A stretch of DNA of 47,171 nucleotides. Origin: Comamonadaceae bacterium (lineage in GTDB: Bacteria; Pseudomonadota; Gammaproteobacteria; Burkholderiales; Burkholderiaceae_C). This document shows positions 20,614 to 29,484 of this stretch, one piece after another (positions within the stretch are counted from its first letter, which is position 1; each line of letters starts with the position of its first letter). The position numbers and the translations under genes are program-made. The notes beneath the pieces are model-generated. The model ran no database searches. It saw only the letters and a program-made list of their open reading frames with translations, and was not told the DNA's origin. The stretch covers positions 1 through 47,171 of the forward strand of contig CANGZO010000001.1 in assembly GCA_947458305.1 (NCBI GenBank), read 5' to 3'.

Positions 20614-22686
20614 ATGATCATCCTCAAAAACGTCACGCTCCGCCGTGGCACCAAAGTGCTGCTCGACCAGGCCTCGGTCACCCTCAACCCGGGGGAAAAA
20701 GTCGGTCTGGTTGGGCGCAATGGCGCGGGCAAATCCACCTTGTTTGCGCTGTTCAACGGCACCCTGCACGAAGATGGCGGCGACTTCGACATGCCCAAAG
20801 CCTGGCGCATGGGACAAGTGGCGCAAAACATGCCCGAGACCGACCAACCTGCTGCAGAGTTTGTGCTGGAAGGCGACACCCGCTTGGCCGAACTGCGCCA
20901 GCGACTGGCAGCGGCCGAAGAAAGTGGCGACGGCATGGAGATGGCCCACGTTTACACCGATTTGGCCGATGCGGGCGACCACGACGCCCTGCCGCGAGCC
21001 GAAGCTTTGATTTTGGGTTTGGGCTTTCGGGTGGACGAACTCAACAACCCGGTCAACAGCTTCTCGGGCGGCTGGCGCATGCGCTTGCAGCTGGCCCGGG
21101 CGCTGATGTGCCCGTCTGACATTCTGCTGCTGGACGAACCCACCAACCACCTGGACTTGGACGCGTTGGTTTGGCTGGAAGCCTGGCTGCAGCGTTACAC
21201 CGGCACCATGATCGTGATCAGCCACGACCGCGAGTTTTTGGACGCGGTGACCAACGTCACACTGCACATCGACCACGCCAAGCTGACACGCTATGGCAGC
21301 AATTACAGCGGCTTTGAAATCTTGCGGGCCCAGCAAATGGAGCTGCAACAGGCCTCGTTTGCCAAACAGCAGGACAAGATTGCCCACCTGCAAAAGTTCA
21401 TCAACCGCTTCAAGGCGCAGGCCAGCAAGGCCAAGCAGGCGCAAAGCCGGGTCAAGGCGCTGGAACGCATGGAAAAGGTGGCGCCGCTGCTGGCCGATGC
21501 CGAATTCACCTTTGAGTTCAAAGAACCCAACAACCTGCCCAACCCGATGCTGGCCATCAGCGAGGCAAGTTTTGGCTACACCGTGGACGACGAGCCCAAA
21601 GCCATTTTGAAAGGCGTCAGCAAATCGGTGCTGGCGGGCCAGCGCATCGGCATTTTGGGGGCCAACGGGCAAGGCAAATCGACCTTGGTCAAGACGATTG
21701 CCCGCACCATGCCCCTGCTGGCAGGCACACTGACCGAGGGCAAGGGCCTGAACATCGGCTACTTTGCGCAGCAAGAACTCGATGTGCTGCACCCGAATGA
21801 CAACCCGCTGGAGCACATGATCCGGCTGGCCAAAGAGCTGAGCAGCAACGAGCCCAGCCGCGAGCAGGACCTGCGCAACTATTTGGGGACCTTCAACTTT
21901 TCAGGCGACATGGTCAAGCAGGCCGTGGGCTCCATGAGCGGTGGCGAAAAAGCCCGACTGGTGCTGGCCATGATCGTTTGGCAGCGGCCTAATTTGCTGC
22001 TGCTGGACGAGCCCACCAACCACCTGGACTTGGCCACGCGCGAAGCGCTGTCGATGGCGCTCAACGAGTTTGAAGGCACCGTCATGCTGGTCAGCCACGA
22101 CCGCGCCTTGCTGCGCGCCGTGTGCGACGAGTTCTGGATGGTGGGCCGTGGCAAGGTTGAGCCCTTTGACGGCGACTTGGACGACTACCAGAAGTACCTG
22201 CTGGAAGAATCCAAGCGCCTGCGCGAAGAGGCCAAGAACTCGGCGCGCGATGCAGTGGTCACCATGGCGGCAGAACCTGCACCGGCTAACACCCGTGCTG
22301 TGCCCAGCGGTACGAGTCATTCAAGCTCAGCGTCAACCCCAATAGCAGCGCTTGACGCCAAGCCAAGCGAATCGACGGCCACGCAAAACAGCACACCGGG
22401 CTTGAGCAGTGCCGAACAGCGCAAACTCGACGCACAAAAACGCCAGCAACTGGCTGCCCAAACCCGGCCGCTCAAGCGCGAGCTGGAACAAAACGAGCAG
22501 CGCATGGCCACCATCGAAGTCGAGAAAAACCGTCTGGAAGCGCTGCTGACCACGCCCGTGTCGCCAGCCGACTTGGCCGATGCGGGCCGCCGCCTCAAAG
22601 CTCTGGCCGATGAAGTGACGAGCCTGGAAGAGCGCTGGCTGGAATTGACTTCTTTGCTCGAAGAAGCCGCATCGACAGTGCTTTAA
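20614..22686 (+). CDS. ABC-F family ATPase (YheS-like)
   Basis: Two ABC cassettes (GRNGAGKS/FSGGWRMR/LDEPTNHLD and GANGQGKS/MSGGEKAR), KASKAKQAQSR-type linker, C-terminal coiled coil ending EERWLE, no TM segments. Confidence 0.92.
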   Translation: MIILKNVTLRRGTKVLLDQASVTLNPGEKVGLVGRNGAGKSTLFALFNGTLHEDGGDFDMPKAWRMGQVAQNMPETDQPAAEFVLEGDTRLAELRQRLAAAEESGDGMEMAHVYTDLADAGDHDALPRAEALILGLGFRVDELNNPVNSFSGGWRMRLQLARALMCPSDILLLDEPTNHLDLDALVWLEAWLQRYTGTMIVISHDREFLDAVTNVTLHIDHAKLTRYGSNYSGFEILRAQQMELQQASFAKQQDKIAHLQKFINRFKAQASKAKQAQSRVKALERMEKVAPLLADAEFTFEFKEPNNLPNPMLAISEASFGYTVDDEPKAILKGVSKSVLAGQRIGILGANGQGKSTLVKTIARTMPLLAGTLTEGKGLNIGYFAQQELDVLHPNDNPLEHMIRLAKELSSNEPSREQDLRNYLGTFNFSGDMVKQAVGSMSGGEKARLVLAMIVWQRPNLLLLDEPTNHLDLATREALSMALNEFEGTVMLVSHDRALLRAVCDEFWMVGRGKVEPFDGDLDDYQKYLLEESKRLREEAKNSARDAVVTMAAEPAPANTRAVPSGTSHSSSASTPIAALDAKPSESTATQNSTPGLSSAEQRKLDAQKRQQLAAQTRPLKRELEQNEQRMATIEVEKNRLEALLTTPVSPADLADAGRRLKALADEVTSLEERWLELTSLLEEAASTVL

Positions 22687-22699
22687 ACCGCCGCGCAAG

Positions 22700-22735
22700 A
22701 AAAAAGCACTTTGAACCGAAGTACAAAGTGCTTTT
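22700..22735. terminator. Bidirectional intrinsic terminator between ABC-F and tRNA-Lys
   Basis: AAAAGCACTTTG (22702-22713) / CAAAGTGCTTTT (22724-22735) inverted repeat between convergent genes. Confidence 0.8.
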
Positions 22736-22740
22736 AAATT

Positions 22741-22816
22741 TGGTGGGACCAGCGGGGGTCGAACCCACGACAAACGGATTAAAAGTCCGCTGCTCTACCA
22801 ACTGAGCTATGGTCCC
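22741..22816 (-). tRNA. tRNA-Lys(TTT)
   Basis: Reverse complement GGGACCATAGCTCAGTTGGTAGAGCAGCGGACTTTTAATCCGTTTGTCGTGGGTTCGACCCCCGCTGGTCCCACCA. 76 nt, anticodon loop CTTTTAA, encoded CCA. Confidence 0.97.
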
Positions 22817-22851
22817 TGTGCTGTGGTGCATCGCACTGCAGCAAGACTCAA

Positions 22852-22857
22852 ATTATA
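22852..22857 (-). promoter_or_regulatory. -10 box (TATAAT) upstream of tRNA-Lys
   Basis: Consensus TATAAT on the minus strand 35 nt upstream of the mature 5' end. No -35 evident. Confidence 0.55.
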
Positions 22858-22860
22858 GCC

Positions 22861-23682
22861 TTAATTTTTAGGCTTCTTGGCCGGGCTGGCCAAAAAATTC
22901 AAAATTTCAGAGGCTGCGCACATGCCAAAGGTGGCGGTCACGCTCACCACAGAGCCATAACCGTGGCAATTGAGAGAGCCGTCGCCGTCGATGGCACATG
23001 ACGCGTCCGGCGGCGCCACAGACTCGCGGCTGAACACCCCTTGAACGCCCATGCGCTGCTCACCTCGCGCGGCTTGATGGTGTTTGCGCAAACGGTAACG
23101 CAATTGGGCCAGCAAGGGGTCGTGCGTGATGCGCGACAAATCGTCCACATCCACCTTGTGCGCCAAGCGCTTGCCTCCAGCAGCGCCGACGGTGATGAAG
23201 CCCACCCCCATCTGGGTCGCCCAATGGGCCAAAGACACTTTGGCCTTGACCTGATCGCAGGCGTCGATCAGCGCATCCGGCACTTCAGCCAGCAAAGCAG
23301 GCCAATTCTCAGGCGTCACAAAATCGTCCACCACATCTACCCTGCAAGCGGGGTTGATTTGGGCAATACGCGCTTGCATGGCCAAGACCTTGGACTGGCC
23401 CGTGGTCACGGTCAGTGCGTGGATCTGGCGGTTGATGTTGGACTCTGCAATGTGGTCCATGTCAATCAAGGTCAAACGCCCCACGCCTGAGCGCGCAAGA
23501 GCCTCTGCGGACCAAGAGCCCACACCCCCCAAACCCACGACCACCACATGCGCTTGGCGAATGCGTTGAGCACCTGACACGCCATAAAGGCGTTGTAACC
23601 CGCCAAAGCGGCGCGCATCATCGGCCTCATCCATGAGCAACTGTGCAGCATCGGTTTCATGCATCAGGCTAACCCAACTCAT
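22861..23682 (-). CDS. tcdA: tRNA threonylcarbamoyladenosine dehydratase (TcdA/CsdL, ThiF/E1-like)
   Basis: RRFGGLQRLYG, VVGLGGVGSW..EALARSG, ESNINRQ, DACD, GAAGGK, DPLLA, LNCHGYGS..VTATFG. The start at 23682 overlaps the yeeE stop (ATGA); alternative ATG at 23664. Confidence 0.92.
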   Translation of the reverse strand: MSWVSLMHETDAAQLLMDEADDARRFGGLQRLYGVSGAQRIRQAHVVVVGLGGVGSWSAEALARSGVGRLTLIDMDHIAESNINRQIHALTVTTGQSKVLAMQARIAQINPACRVDVVDDFVTPENWPALLAEVPDALIDACDQVKAKVSLAHWATQMGVGFITVGAAGGKRLAHKVDVDDLSRITHDPLLAQLRYRLRKHHQAARGEQRMGVQGVFSRESVAPPDASCAIDGDGSLNCHGYGSVVSVTATFGMCAASEILNFLASPAKKPKN

Positions 23683-24794
23683 CCGTGATGGCGCATTTGC
23701 CACTGAAGCGTGGCGTATGCACCCAAAAAGATACCCATGACCGACAAGAAACTGCCCAAGCTGAGGGTAGAAAGTCCCGTCAACCCTTGGCCAAAGGTGC
23801 AACCCATGGCCAACACACCACCGACCCCCATCAAGCTGCCACCGATCAGGTGCAGTACCAAGTCTTCGCGGTGGGCAAAGCTCTCCCACCTGAAAGACCC
23901 CTCCAAGCGCGCACTGATGCAGGCGCCTGCCAATACACCCGCTACCGTGACCATGCCCAGCGTCAGTCTCTTGCTGCCATCGCTGTAGTACAAAAGCGCG
24001 TCCAGCCAGTAACCCACAGGCGCTGTGAAACTCAAGGCCTCCATGCGGCCACTGTGGGTGGTCAAGAAAACAGGCTCCAGCGTCAACGGGTGCTCCGGCA
24101 CAAAACCAAACACGCCAGTCAACCACCAAAAAGCCACCACCAACAAGCCTAGACCCGTACCGGTGACCCAATTGAAAACCGTATGGAAACCGCGCTCTTG
24201 CATGACCCACAGCAGCAGCAACACAGCCACCAAAACTGCCGCCAAACCCAAGGCGTCGGGCAATGTCAAACCAGTCATCGCAGACAACCACTGACCGACA
24301 AAGGGGCCGTGCGGCAAGTTGACACCAATGGGATCAATGAGGTTGACGCGCAAAACCGCAGTCAGGCCTTTCATGGTGGCCAAAGCAGCCACCGCCATGG
24401 CCATCAAGACGACCAAGGACTTCAAGTTGCCGGCGCCCAAGCGCACCAAGGATTTGCTGCTGCAACCTGAAGCCAGCACCATGCCCACACCAAACAACGC
24501 CCCGCCCAAAAGACCGGAGAGCCAACTCAGATGCTTGGAGGCGTAAATGGTTTTGGTCGGTTCGATCCAACCCACCCAAGCCATCGCACCAAAACCCAAC
24601 ATCGCCACAGCCAGGGCCAAGGCCCACTGGCGAAGGCGCGTGGCGTTGCGCATGAGCACCCAGTCACTGATGGCCCCCATGGTGCAAAAGTGCCCCCGGT
24701 GGATCAAAACGCCGGTGGCCAAGGACAGGGCAAAGCCAATGGCCCAAATTTGGACCGTCAGTGTCTGCAATTCATCGGCCGTGATGGGGGGCAT
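23679..24794 (-). CDS. YeeE/YedE family sulfur-compound transporter
   Basis: Multi-TM protein with the three family Cys motifs: RGHFCTMG, FGVGMVLASGC, LMGVGGVLAMGCTFGQG. Confidence 0.88.
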   Translation of the reverse strand: MPPITADELQTLTVQIWAIGFALSLATGVLIHRGHFCTMGAISDWVLMRNATRLRQWALALAVAMLGFGAMAWVGWIEPTKTIYASKHLSWLSGLLGGALFGVGMVLASGCSSKSLVRLGAGNLKSLVVLMAMAVAALATMKGLTAVLRVNLIDPIGVNLPHGPFVGQWLSAMTGLTLPDALGLAAVLVAVLLLLWVMQERGFHTVFNWVTGTGLGLLVVAFWWLTGVFGFVPEHPLTLEPVFLTTHSGRMEALSFTAPVGYWLDALLYYSDGSKRLTLGMVTVAGVLAGACISARLEGSFRWESFAHREDLVLHLIGGSLMGVGGVLAMGCTFGQGLTGLSTLSLGSFLSVMGIFLGAYATLQWQMRHHG

Positions 24795-24800
24795 TCGAAA

Positions 24801-25628
24801 TCAGCGCAAACGACTCAAGCGCTCACGGGCCGTGCCAGCGGTTTCCGTGGCTGGGTAGGCTTTGACCAAATCCTCCAGGGTTTTGCGAGCGGCCTTGAGG
24901 TCTTTGAGTTCCACCTGAACGTTGGAGATGGCCAACATGGCCTCTGCAGCCCTGGGGTGCGTTGGCGACTCGGTCAGCAAGCGTTGGAAGTTGGCCAAAG
25001 CGTCACGGTAAGCCTTGTTGGCGTACTGTGCATTGCCAAGCCAAAAAAGCACCGAAGGCTTGTAAACGCTGGTGGGGTATCGGGAAAGAAAGCCGGCAAA
25101 CGCTGCTTGGGCACCCGGGAAATCGCCTTGCCTAAAGAGCGCCATGGACCGGTCAAAGTCCGCCTTTTCAGCGGGCTCGACCATCGCCTCGCGGCCATCG
25201 ACGCTGACCTTCACAGGCTCAAATCGGCGCAGGCGGTCATCCACCGAAGTCAAGCTGTCTTTTTGTCGAAGTTGAACTTCGGTCAAGTCACGGGCCAAGC
25301 GCTCTTGCGCGCCCAAACTCTGGGCCAAATCGGCACGGAGCTTGTCAATTTGGGTTTGCAAGTCCAGCAAGGCAGAACGCAGTTGTGTCAGTGATTGGTT
25401 GTGCTGCTGGGTCAGCTGAGCGGTCTGCTGGGCTTGCTGCTGGGCTGCTTGTTCCATCAGTGCTCGGTTGGCGGTCTGGGATTGCTCCAAGCGCTGGCGC
25501 AAGTCCAAGATGGCCCGACGCGCTTCGTCATCTCCAAACAAAGCGGCCTGGGCGCTACCCCCGCCAAAAGCCACGCAGAGCAACAAAACAAGGCTGGATT
25601 TTTTCAATCCCCAAAAGGCTGGCGTCAT
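24801..25628 (-). CDS. cpoB: Tol-Pal system protein CpoB/YbgF
   Basis: Signal peptide, ALFGDDEARRAIL, coiled coil, TPR (FWLGNAQY, YP.T..A). GAGGT SD before ATG 25628; alternative TTG at 25640. Confidence 0.92.
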   Translation of the reverse strand: MTPAFWGLKKSSLVLLLCVAFGGGSAQAALFGDDEARRAILDLRQRLEQSQTANRALMEQAAQQQAQQTAQLTQQHNQSLTQLRSALLDLQTQIDKLRADLAQSLGAQERLARDLTEVQLRQKDSLTSVDDRLRRFEPVKVSVDGREAMVEPAEKADFDRSMALFRQGDFPGAQAAFAGFLSRYPTSVYKPSVLFWLGNAQYANKAYRDALANFQRLLTESPTHPRAAEAMLAISNVQVELKDLKAARKTLEDLVKAYPATETAGTARERLSRLR

Positions 25629-25636
25629 GTCAAACC

Positions 25637-26203
25637 TCAATAGCGGATTTCAACGCGGCGATTTTTCGCCTGGTCAATGTCAGAGCCGCCTTCAGACAAG
25701 AGCTTTTCCTTGCCAAAACTCACTGCCTCCAGTTGCGATTCAGGCACGCCCAACAAGCTCAGGGCCTGGCGAACGGCATCGGCGCGCTTTTGACCCAAGG
25801 CCAAGTTGTATTCACGACCACCGCGGTCATCGGTATGGCCTTCCAGACTGACTTTGCGTTGTTTATTGGCTTGCAAAAACTGGGCATGCGAGGCAATGAC
25901 GGGGCGGGCCTCGGCGCGAATCACAAAACTGTCGTAATCAAAAAAGACCACATGGGCCACACCCACCGGGCCTTGTCCTGCGACTTTGGCATCGACTGTG
26001 ACCGTCGGTATGCCTGTTTGCGCGCCCCCTTGGCCTGCACCAATGCCCTGCACGGCAACGCCAGCGCCAGAACCTGCCGCCGTGCCTGCACCTGCAGAAG
26101 TGGCCGCCTTGTCCTCGACTGGGATGTCGTCCAATTTGACACCCGAGGCACAACCGCTGAGCACGGCACACACCACAACCACTGACCAAATTTGCTTTTT
26201 CAT
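25637..26203 (-). CDS. pal: Peptidoglycan-associated lipoprotein
   Basis: Lipobox LSGC, FFDYDS, LEGHTDDRGGREYNLALGQKRA, SFGKE, NRRVEI. Confidence 0.96.
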   Translation of the reverse strand: MKKQIWSVVVVCAVLSGCASGVKLDDIPVEDKAATSAGAGTAAGSGAGVAVQGIGAGQGGAQTGIPTVTVDAKVAGQGPVGVAHVVFFDYDSFVIRAEARPVIASHAQFLQANKQRKVSLEGHTDDRGGREYNLALGQKRADAVRQALSLLGVPESQLEAVSFGKEKLLSEGGSDIDQAKNRRVEIRY

Positions 26204-26239
26204 AATCAACCTCAAGGATAAAAAACTGTCTTCAACGCA

Positions 26240-27526
26240 TCAGGGCCGCACGGGCCCCCAATGGGGTTCGCGCAAATCACCACCCTGGCCTGCCAAACGG
26301 GCCTTAACGCGACCATCCAAGGTGGTGGTCATCAGGGCCTCACCGCCCTGTTGCGTGGCATACACCAACAAACGGCTGTTGGGGGCAAAGCTGGGGCGTT
26401 CATCAAACGCCGTGTCGGTCAATGCGCTGACTTGGCCAGAGACCAAATCCATCAAATGGAGTTTGAAGCCAGAGCCCATGCGCGAGACATAAGCCAACCA
26501 ACGGCCATCGGGACTGATCGCAGGTGAAATGTTGTAGTTGCCCGAAAAAGTGACCCGCTCTGCGGGCCCACCCTGAGAAGGCATTTTGTAAATTTGCGGA
26601 TTTCCGCCCCGGTCGCTGACAAAAAACAAGGTCTGACCATCGGGCGAAAAGGCCGGTTCAGTGTTGATGCTGCCCGTGGTCAAACGCTGTGCGTCACCAC
26701 CTTGCAAGGCCACGCGCCACAATTGCGAGCCACCGTCTCGACTCAAGGTTGCCACAATGGAACGTCCATCGGGCGCCCAGGCTGGCGCACTGTTGGAGCC
26801 TTTGAAATTGGCCACCTCGCGGCGTTGACCTGTAGCCAATTCGTGAACATAGACCACAGGTTTGCGGTTTTCAAAGGATACATAGGCCAATTGGGCGCCG
26901 CTCGGGGACCAAGAAGGCGAGATGATGGGCTCAGGACTGGTGATGGCAGAACGGGCACCCTCGCCATCCGAATCGGCCACCCACAAGCTGTAGCGTCCTG
27001 AGGACTTGGTCACGTAGGCAATGCGCGAGGTGAAAACTCCAGGCGTTCCTGTCAGCTGCTGATAAACCCAGTCAGACAAACGGTGTGCTGACAAACGCAG
27101 GTCAGCGGTGCCTACGGTGTCTTTGAAATCGGCCTTGGGTTCTCCTTTGACCGCATCCCACAAGCGCGCGCGCACATCAAAACGCCCATCGGCCAAGCGG
27201 GTCACAGAGCCGGCCAGCAAGGCTTCTGCAGACAAACTGCGCAGGGCAGACCAATCCGGACGGCTCATCTCATCCAGGGTCAAGTTGCCGGTAGGCAGGG
27301 GTTTGAATTGCCCTGTGCGCGATAAATTCGCCTGGACGATGCTGGCTATTTTTTGTGGTGCTTGGGCTTCCCCCTTAAAGGGTGTCACCAGCACGGGCAA
27401 TTGGGTCATGCCCACACCCGTCACTTCGACCCTGAATTGCGCCCCAGCAGCGCTGCTGAAGGCCGCTGCACACAAAAAGCTGACAAGAGATCCCAAGCAT
27501 CGTGCTGGAAAGGAGAACAAAGTCAT
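26240..27526 (-). CDS. tolB: Tol-Pal beta-propeller protein TolB
   Basis: Signal peptide, QFRVEVTGVG, SRIAYV, repeated PD40 motifs (SPSWSPSG, APAWAPDG, EPAFSPDG), EPHWGP. Confidence 0.95.
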   Translation of the reverse strand: MTLFSFPARCLGSLVSFLCAAAFSSAAGAQFRVEVTGVGMTQLPVLVTPFKGEAQAPQKIASIVQANLSRTGQFKPLPTGNLTLDEMSRPDWSALRSLSAEALLAGSVTRLADGRFDVRARLWDAVKGEPKADFKDTVGTADLRLSAHRLSDWVYQQLTGTPGVFTSRIAYVTKSSGRYSLWVADSDGEGARSAITSPEPIISPSWSPSGAQLAYVSFENRKPVVYVHELATGQRREVANFKGSNSAPAWAPDGRSIVATLSRDGGSQLWRVALQGGDAQRLTTGSINTEPAFSPDGQTLFFVSDRGGNPQIYKMPSQGGPAERVTFSGNYNISPAISPDGRWLAYVSRMGSGFKLHLMDLVSGQVSALTDTAFDERPSFAPNSRLLVYATQQGGEALMTTTLDGRVKARLAGQGGDLREPHWGPVRP

Positions 27527-27681
27527 GATCGTCTCAGCGCAGATTTCGGTGTAAAAACCGTGATCGTACACCCTGAACCGACGCCATTTCGTGAAATCCA
27601 CACAGATGAAGTGCTGAGCGCACCAGCGCTTGACATGCTCAGAGCTGCGCAAGGTGGGGCCTGCTTACAATCCATGGGCTC

Positions 27682-29475
27682 ATGTCCTCATCCACACCTT
27701 CCACCGCTTCGGCCATCACCCAACCCAGCATTCGCCAAAGGTTGCTGCGTCTGAAGCCTTATTTTGTCCGTCAAAAGTGGGTTTGGGCCCTGGCCATGGG
27801 GGCCACTTTGGTGGCGGCGCTCACCGAACCCTTGATTCCTGCTTTGTTTCAGCCTTTGCTGGACAACGGATTTGCCGAGAACAAGCTGCCTTTGTGGTCG
27901 ATTCCTTTGGCGGTCATTGGTCTGTTTGCTGTGCGTGGCTTGGCGCACTTTGTGGCGCAATATGCCTTGGCCCGGGTCACCAACGACGGCATGGAGAAAC
28001 TGCGCAGCGATCTTTTTGCCAAGTTGGTGCGTTCAGATTTGTCGCTTTTCAGCCGTCAATCGGCCAGCGCCTTGTCCAACACGGTGGTGTACGAGGTGCA
28101 GGTGGGTGCCTCCCAATTGGTCTCTGCACTGATCGGCCTGACGCGCGATGGTTTCACCTTGTTGGCTCTGGTGGGCTATTTGATGTGGCTCAATTGGCAA
28201 TTGACCTTGGTGGTATTCACGGTCGCGCCGGGTTTGAGTTGGATCATGAAGGTGCTGTCGCGTCGGCTTTATGGTTTGACCAAAGAAAGCCAACAAGCAA
28301 CCGACCATCTTGCCTATGTGGTGGAAGAAAACGTGCTGGCTCATCGCGTGGTGCGACTGCATGGCGCTCAGGCTCAGCAAATTGGTCGATTCAATGCGCT
28401 GGGCCAACGCCTGAGACGGTTGGCGCTCAAATCCACGGTGGCTTCAGCGGCCATGACGCCATTGACCCAAATCATGGCGGCCATCGCACTGTCTTTGGTG
28501 TTGGTGATCGCCTTGGTGCAAAGCCGGGATGTGGGCTCCGGCGCAACGGTGGGTGGTTTTGTGGCCTTCATCACCGCCATGCTGATGTTGATTGCACCCA
28601 TCAAACGCTTGGCCGATGTGGCCAACCCCATCACCAGAGGACTGGCCGCCTTGGAAAGGGGCTTGGCACTGATGCACGATGCAGAGGATGAGTCCCAAGG
28701 TCAACACTCACCCCAAAGGGTGAAGGGTGCTATCGAGTGGCAAGACGTGTCTGTTCAGTTTACGGCCGATGGCGAAGCGGCCTTGTCGCATATCCAACTG
28801 GCCGTACAACCCGGTGAAACCGTAGCCTTGGTCGGTACATCCGGTGCCGGAAAAACCACCTTGATCCAACTCTTGCCACGTTTTTTGAACCCCACCAGCG
28901 GCCAGGTGTTGCTGGACGGTGTGCCATTGCCCCAATGGCAGTTGGAGAGCCTGCGCAGCCAATTGGCCATGGTCAGCCAAGATGTCGTGATGCTCAATGA
29001 CAGCTTGGCTGCCAACGTGAGTTTGGGCGAGTCACCCGACAGAGTCAAAGTGGCGCATTGCCTGCAGGCGGCCAATTTGTGGGCCCATGTCCAGACGCTG
29101 CCGAGCGGGATAGACACCGAACTGGGGCACAACGCCAACCAACTCTCAGGTGGGCAAAGGCAGAGGCTGGCCATTGCACGTGCCTTGTACAAAGATGCGC
29201 CAATTTTGATCTTGGACGAGGCTACCTCGGCGCTGGACAACGAATCCGAGCGGCTGGTGCAAGACGCCTTGCAAAAACTGATGCACGGTCGCACCACCTT
29301 GATCGTGGCGCACCGCTTGTCCACCATTGAACACGCCGATCGGGTGATCGTGATGGAGCGCGGCCGCATTGTGGAGCAAGGCGCACCCGCCCAGTTGCTG
29401 GCGCTGGGTGGCGCCTATGCCCGCTTGCACCACCGAGGTGAGTGGACCGGTGAAGCCGAACCGTCCACGGCCTGA
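27682..29475 (+). CDS. msbA: Lipid A export permease/ATP-binding protein
   Basis: Six-TM ABC exporter domain plus NBD (GTSGAGKT, VSQD, LSGGQRQR, LDEATSALDNESE, AHRLSTI). TACAAT at 27666-27671 upstream. Confidence 0.9.
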   Translation: MSSSTPSTASAITQPSIRQRLLRLKPYFVRQKWVWALAMGATLVAALTEPLIPALFQPLLDNGFAENKLPLWSIPLAVIGLFAVRGLAHFVAQYALARVTNDGMEKLRSDLFAKLVRSDLSLFSRQSASALSNTVVYEVQVGASQLVSALIGLTRDGFTLLALVGYLMWLNWQLTLVVFTVAPGLSWIMKVLSRRLYGLTKESQQATDHLAYVVEENVLAHRVVRLHGAQAQQIGRFNALGQRLRRLALKSTVASAAMTPLTQIMAAIALSLVLVIALVQSRDVGSGATVGGFVAFITAMLMLIAPIKRLADVANPITRGLAALERGLALMHDAEDESQGQHSPQRVKGAIEWQDVSVQFTADGEAALSHIQLAVQPGETVALVGTSGAGKTTLIQLLPRFLNPTSGQVLLDGVPLPQWQLESLRSQLAMVSQDVVMLNDSLAANVSLGESPDRVKVAHCLQAANLWAHVQTLPSGIDTELGHNANQLSGGQRQRLAIARALYKDAPILILDEATSALDNESERLVQDALQKLMHGRTTLIVAHRLSTIEHADRVIVMERGRIVEQGAPAQLLALGGAYARLHHRGEWTGEAEPSTA

Positions 29476-29484
29476 CAAGGCCTT

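Noticed and set aside
23683-24291. 476-aa ORF suggesting an N-terminally extended TcdA or a frameshift fusion with YeeE
   Set aside because: The extension is an alternative frame of yeeE with no recognisable domain and no slippery site seen. TcdA-like sequence starts at 23682/23664.
27630-27671. TTGACA and TACAAT as a consensus msbA promoter
   Set aside because: The spacer is 30 nt, too long for one sigma70 promoter. Only the -10 is plausible.
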